A DNA stretch of 64,000 nucleotides, taken from an uncultured delta proteobacterium. GTDB taxonomy: Bacteria > Myxococcota_A > Polyangia > Polyangiales > Polyangiaceae. The notes beneath the pieces are model-generated. The model was not told the origin of the DNA, did not search any database, and saw only the letters and a program-made list of their open reading frames with translations. Of this stretch, positions 63,241-64,000 are shown one piece after another (position 1 is the stretch's first letter; the number at the start of each line of letters is the position of its first letter). The DNA lies in assembly GCA_963806225.1 (NCBI GenBank), contig CAWDXG010000004.1:1216001-1280000 (forward strand), written 5' to 3'. Made by a program: the position numbers and the translations under genes.

Positions 63241-64000
63241 CGCCGACCGCCAGATCCGCGAGCACGCCCGGCAGCCTGAGCTCGAAGCGTGCACCGCCTT
63301 CCTCGCGGTTGGCTGCGCGGACGCTCCCGCCGTGCCGCTCGGCAATGCGACGGCACAGCGCCAGCCCCAACCCGATCCCCTTGCTGCGCGTGGTGAATAG
63401 CGGTTCGAACGCCCGCGCCAGAGCTTCCGCGGAAAGGCCGGGCCCGTCGTCTTCGACGATCAGACAGAGCTCGCGACCTTCCAGGCCGAACCACACGCTG
63501 ATCTCGCCGCTACCGCCATTCGAAAGGACGGCCTGCGCGGCATTGAGCAGCAGGTTGGTCAGCACCATCCGGAGCTGGACGCCGTCCACGCGGAACATCG
63601 GCAGCTCCGCCGAGGCGCTGACGCTCACGCCCACGCCGTCGGGCACGCTGATGCTGCGCACGGCATCCCTGACGAGCTCGGCTACGTCTGTCGGCGAGCG
63701 CTCCACATCGCGATCCCGGGCCAGCTCCAGCAGTTGGCCGATGATGTCACCGGCAATCTTCACGTTGGAGCGGATGCGTCCGAGGTGCTTCACGGTGCGC
63801 TCGTCGTCGGCGCGGCGCTTCAACAGGTGCACGGAGCTCTCGATCACGGCGAGCGGGTTCCGGAGCTCGTGGCCAATTGAAGCAGCGAGCTGACCTAGCG
63901 TCGCGAGCTGCTCGCTCCTGCGGATGCGCAGAACGGAATCCTCCCGGTACGTCTCGAGCATGATAGTCAGCTCGATGTCGCAGATCCTGTTGATCGCGGT
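63236..64000 (-). CDS. Sensor histidine kinase, probably globin-coupled (5' part beyond the window)
   Basis: AINRICDIELTIMLETY resembles the protoglobin H helix. Then IGHELRNPL, NLLLNAAQA, DDGPG, FTTRSKGIGLGL. Confidence 0.75.
   Translation of the reverse strand, partial: TAINRICDIELTIMLETYREDSVLRIRRSEQLATLGQLAASIGHELRNPLAVIESSVHLLKRRADDERTVKHLGRIRSNVKIAGDIIGQLLELARDRDVERSPTDVAELVRDAVRSISVPDGVGVSVSASAELPMFRVDGVQLRMVLTNLLLNAAQAVLSNGGSGEISVWFGLEGRELCLIVEDDGPGLSAEALARAFEPLFTTRSKGIGLGLALCRRIAERHGGSVRAANREEGGARFELRLPGVLADLAVGA

Noticed and set aside
62133..63893. UppP with a ~220-aa C-terminal extension
   Set aside because: The extension is the antisense shadow of the convergent histidine kinase. 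A lost stop from an indel near 63220-63240 is the simpler explanation.

Overview
A very GC-rich bacterial chromosomal segment that looks like a myxobacterium (Polyangiaceae/Sorangiineae-like). This is inferred from the Ser/Thr kinases, the many Gly/Ser-linker and Cys-rich lipoproteins, a VWA lipoprotein and a Myxococcus-type SOS box. The left two-thirds is mostly core genome: polA, hrpB, mutS, a MoxR/DUF58/DUF4350 set, an Omp85-family gene, rsmA, atpD-atpC and dnaG-rpoD. Many genes, including essential ones, are broken by single-base frameshifts, most likely uncorrected long-read indels. The most interesting region is 46.1-57.6 kb, a candidate sulfide/persulfide response system. A PAS-PAS-AAA+ sigma54 activator with a four-Cys cluster is divergent from a clear sigma54 promoter driving sqr-DUF1641-tusE-dsrE. 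About 5 kb on, an operon encodes an ArsR-rhodanese fusion, a redox-dead-Trx/Grx fusion and an orphan GroES lacking its roof hairpin. Other notable signals are a two-copy ~110 bp extragenic element flanking a GT2 gene, a near-perfect myxobacterial LexA box upstream of a PA0069/Rv2578c-type radical SAM gene, a perfect 10x18-bp coding VNTR, and a probable globin-coupled histidine kinase cut by the right edge. I saw no rRNA, tRNA, CRISPR array, transposase or integrase. All family calls come from recognising motifs by eye, not from database searches.
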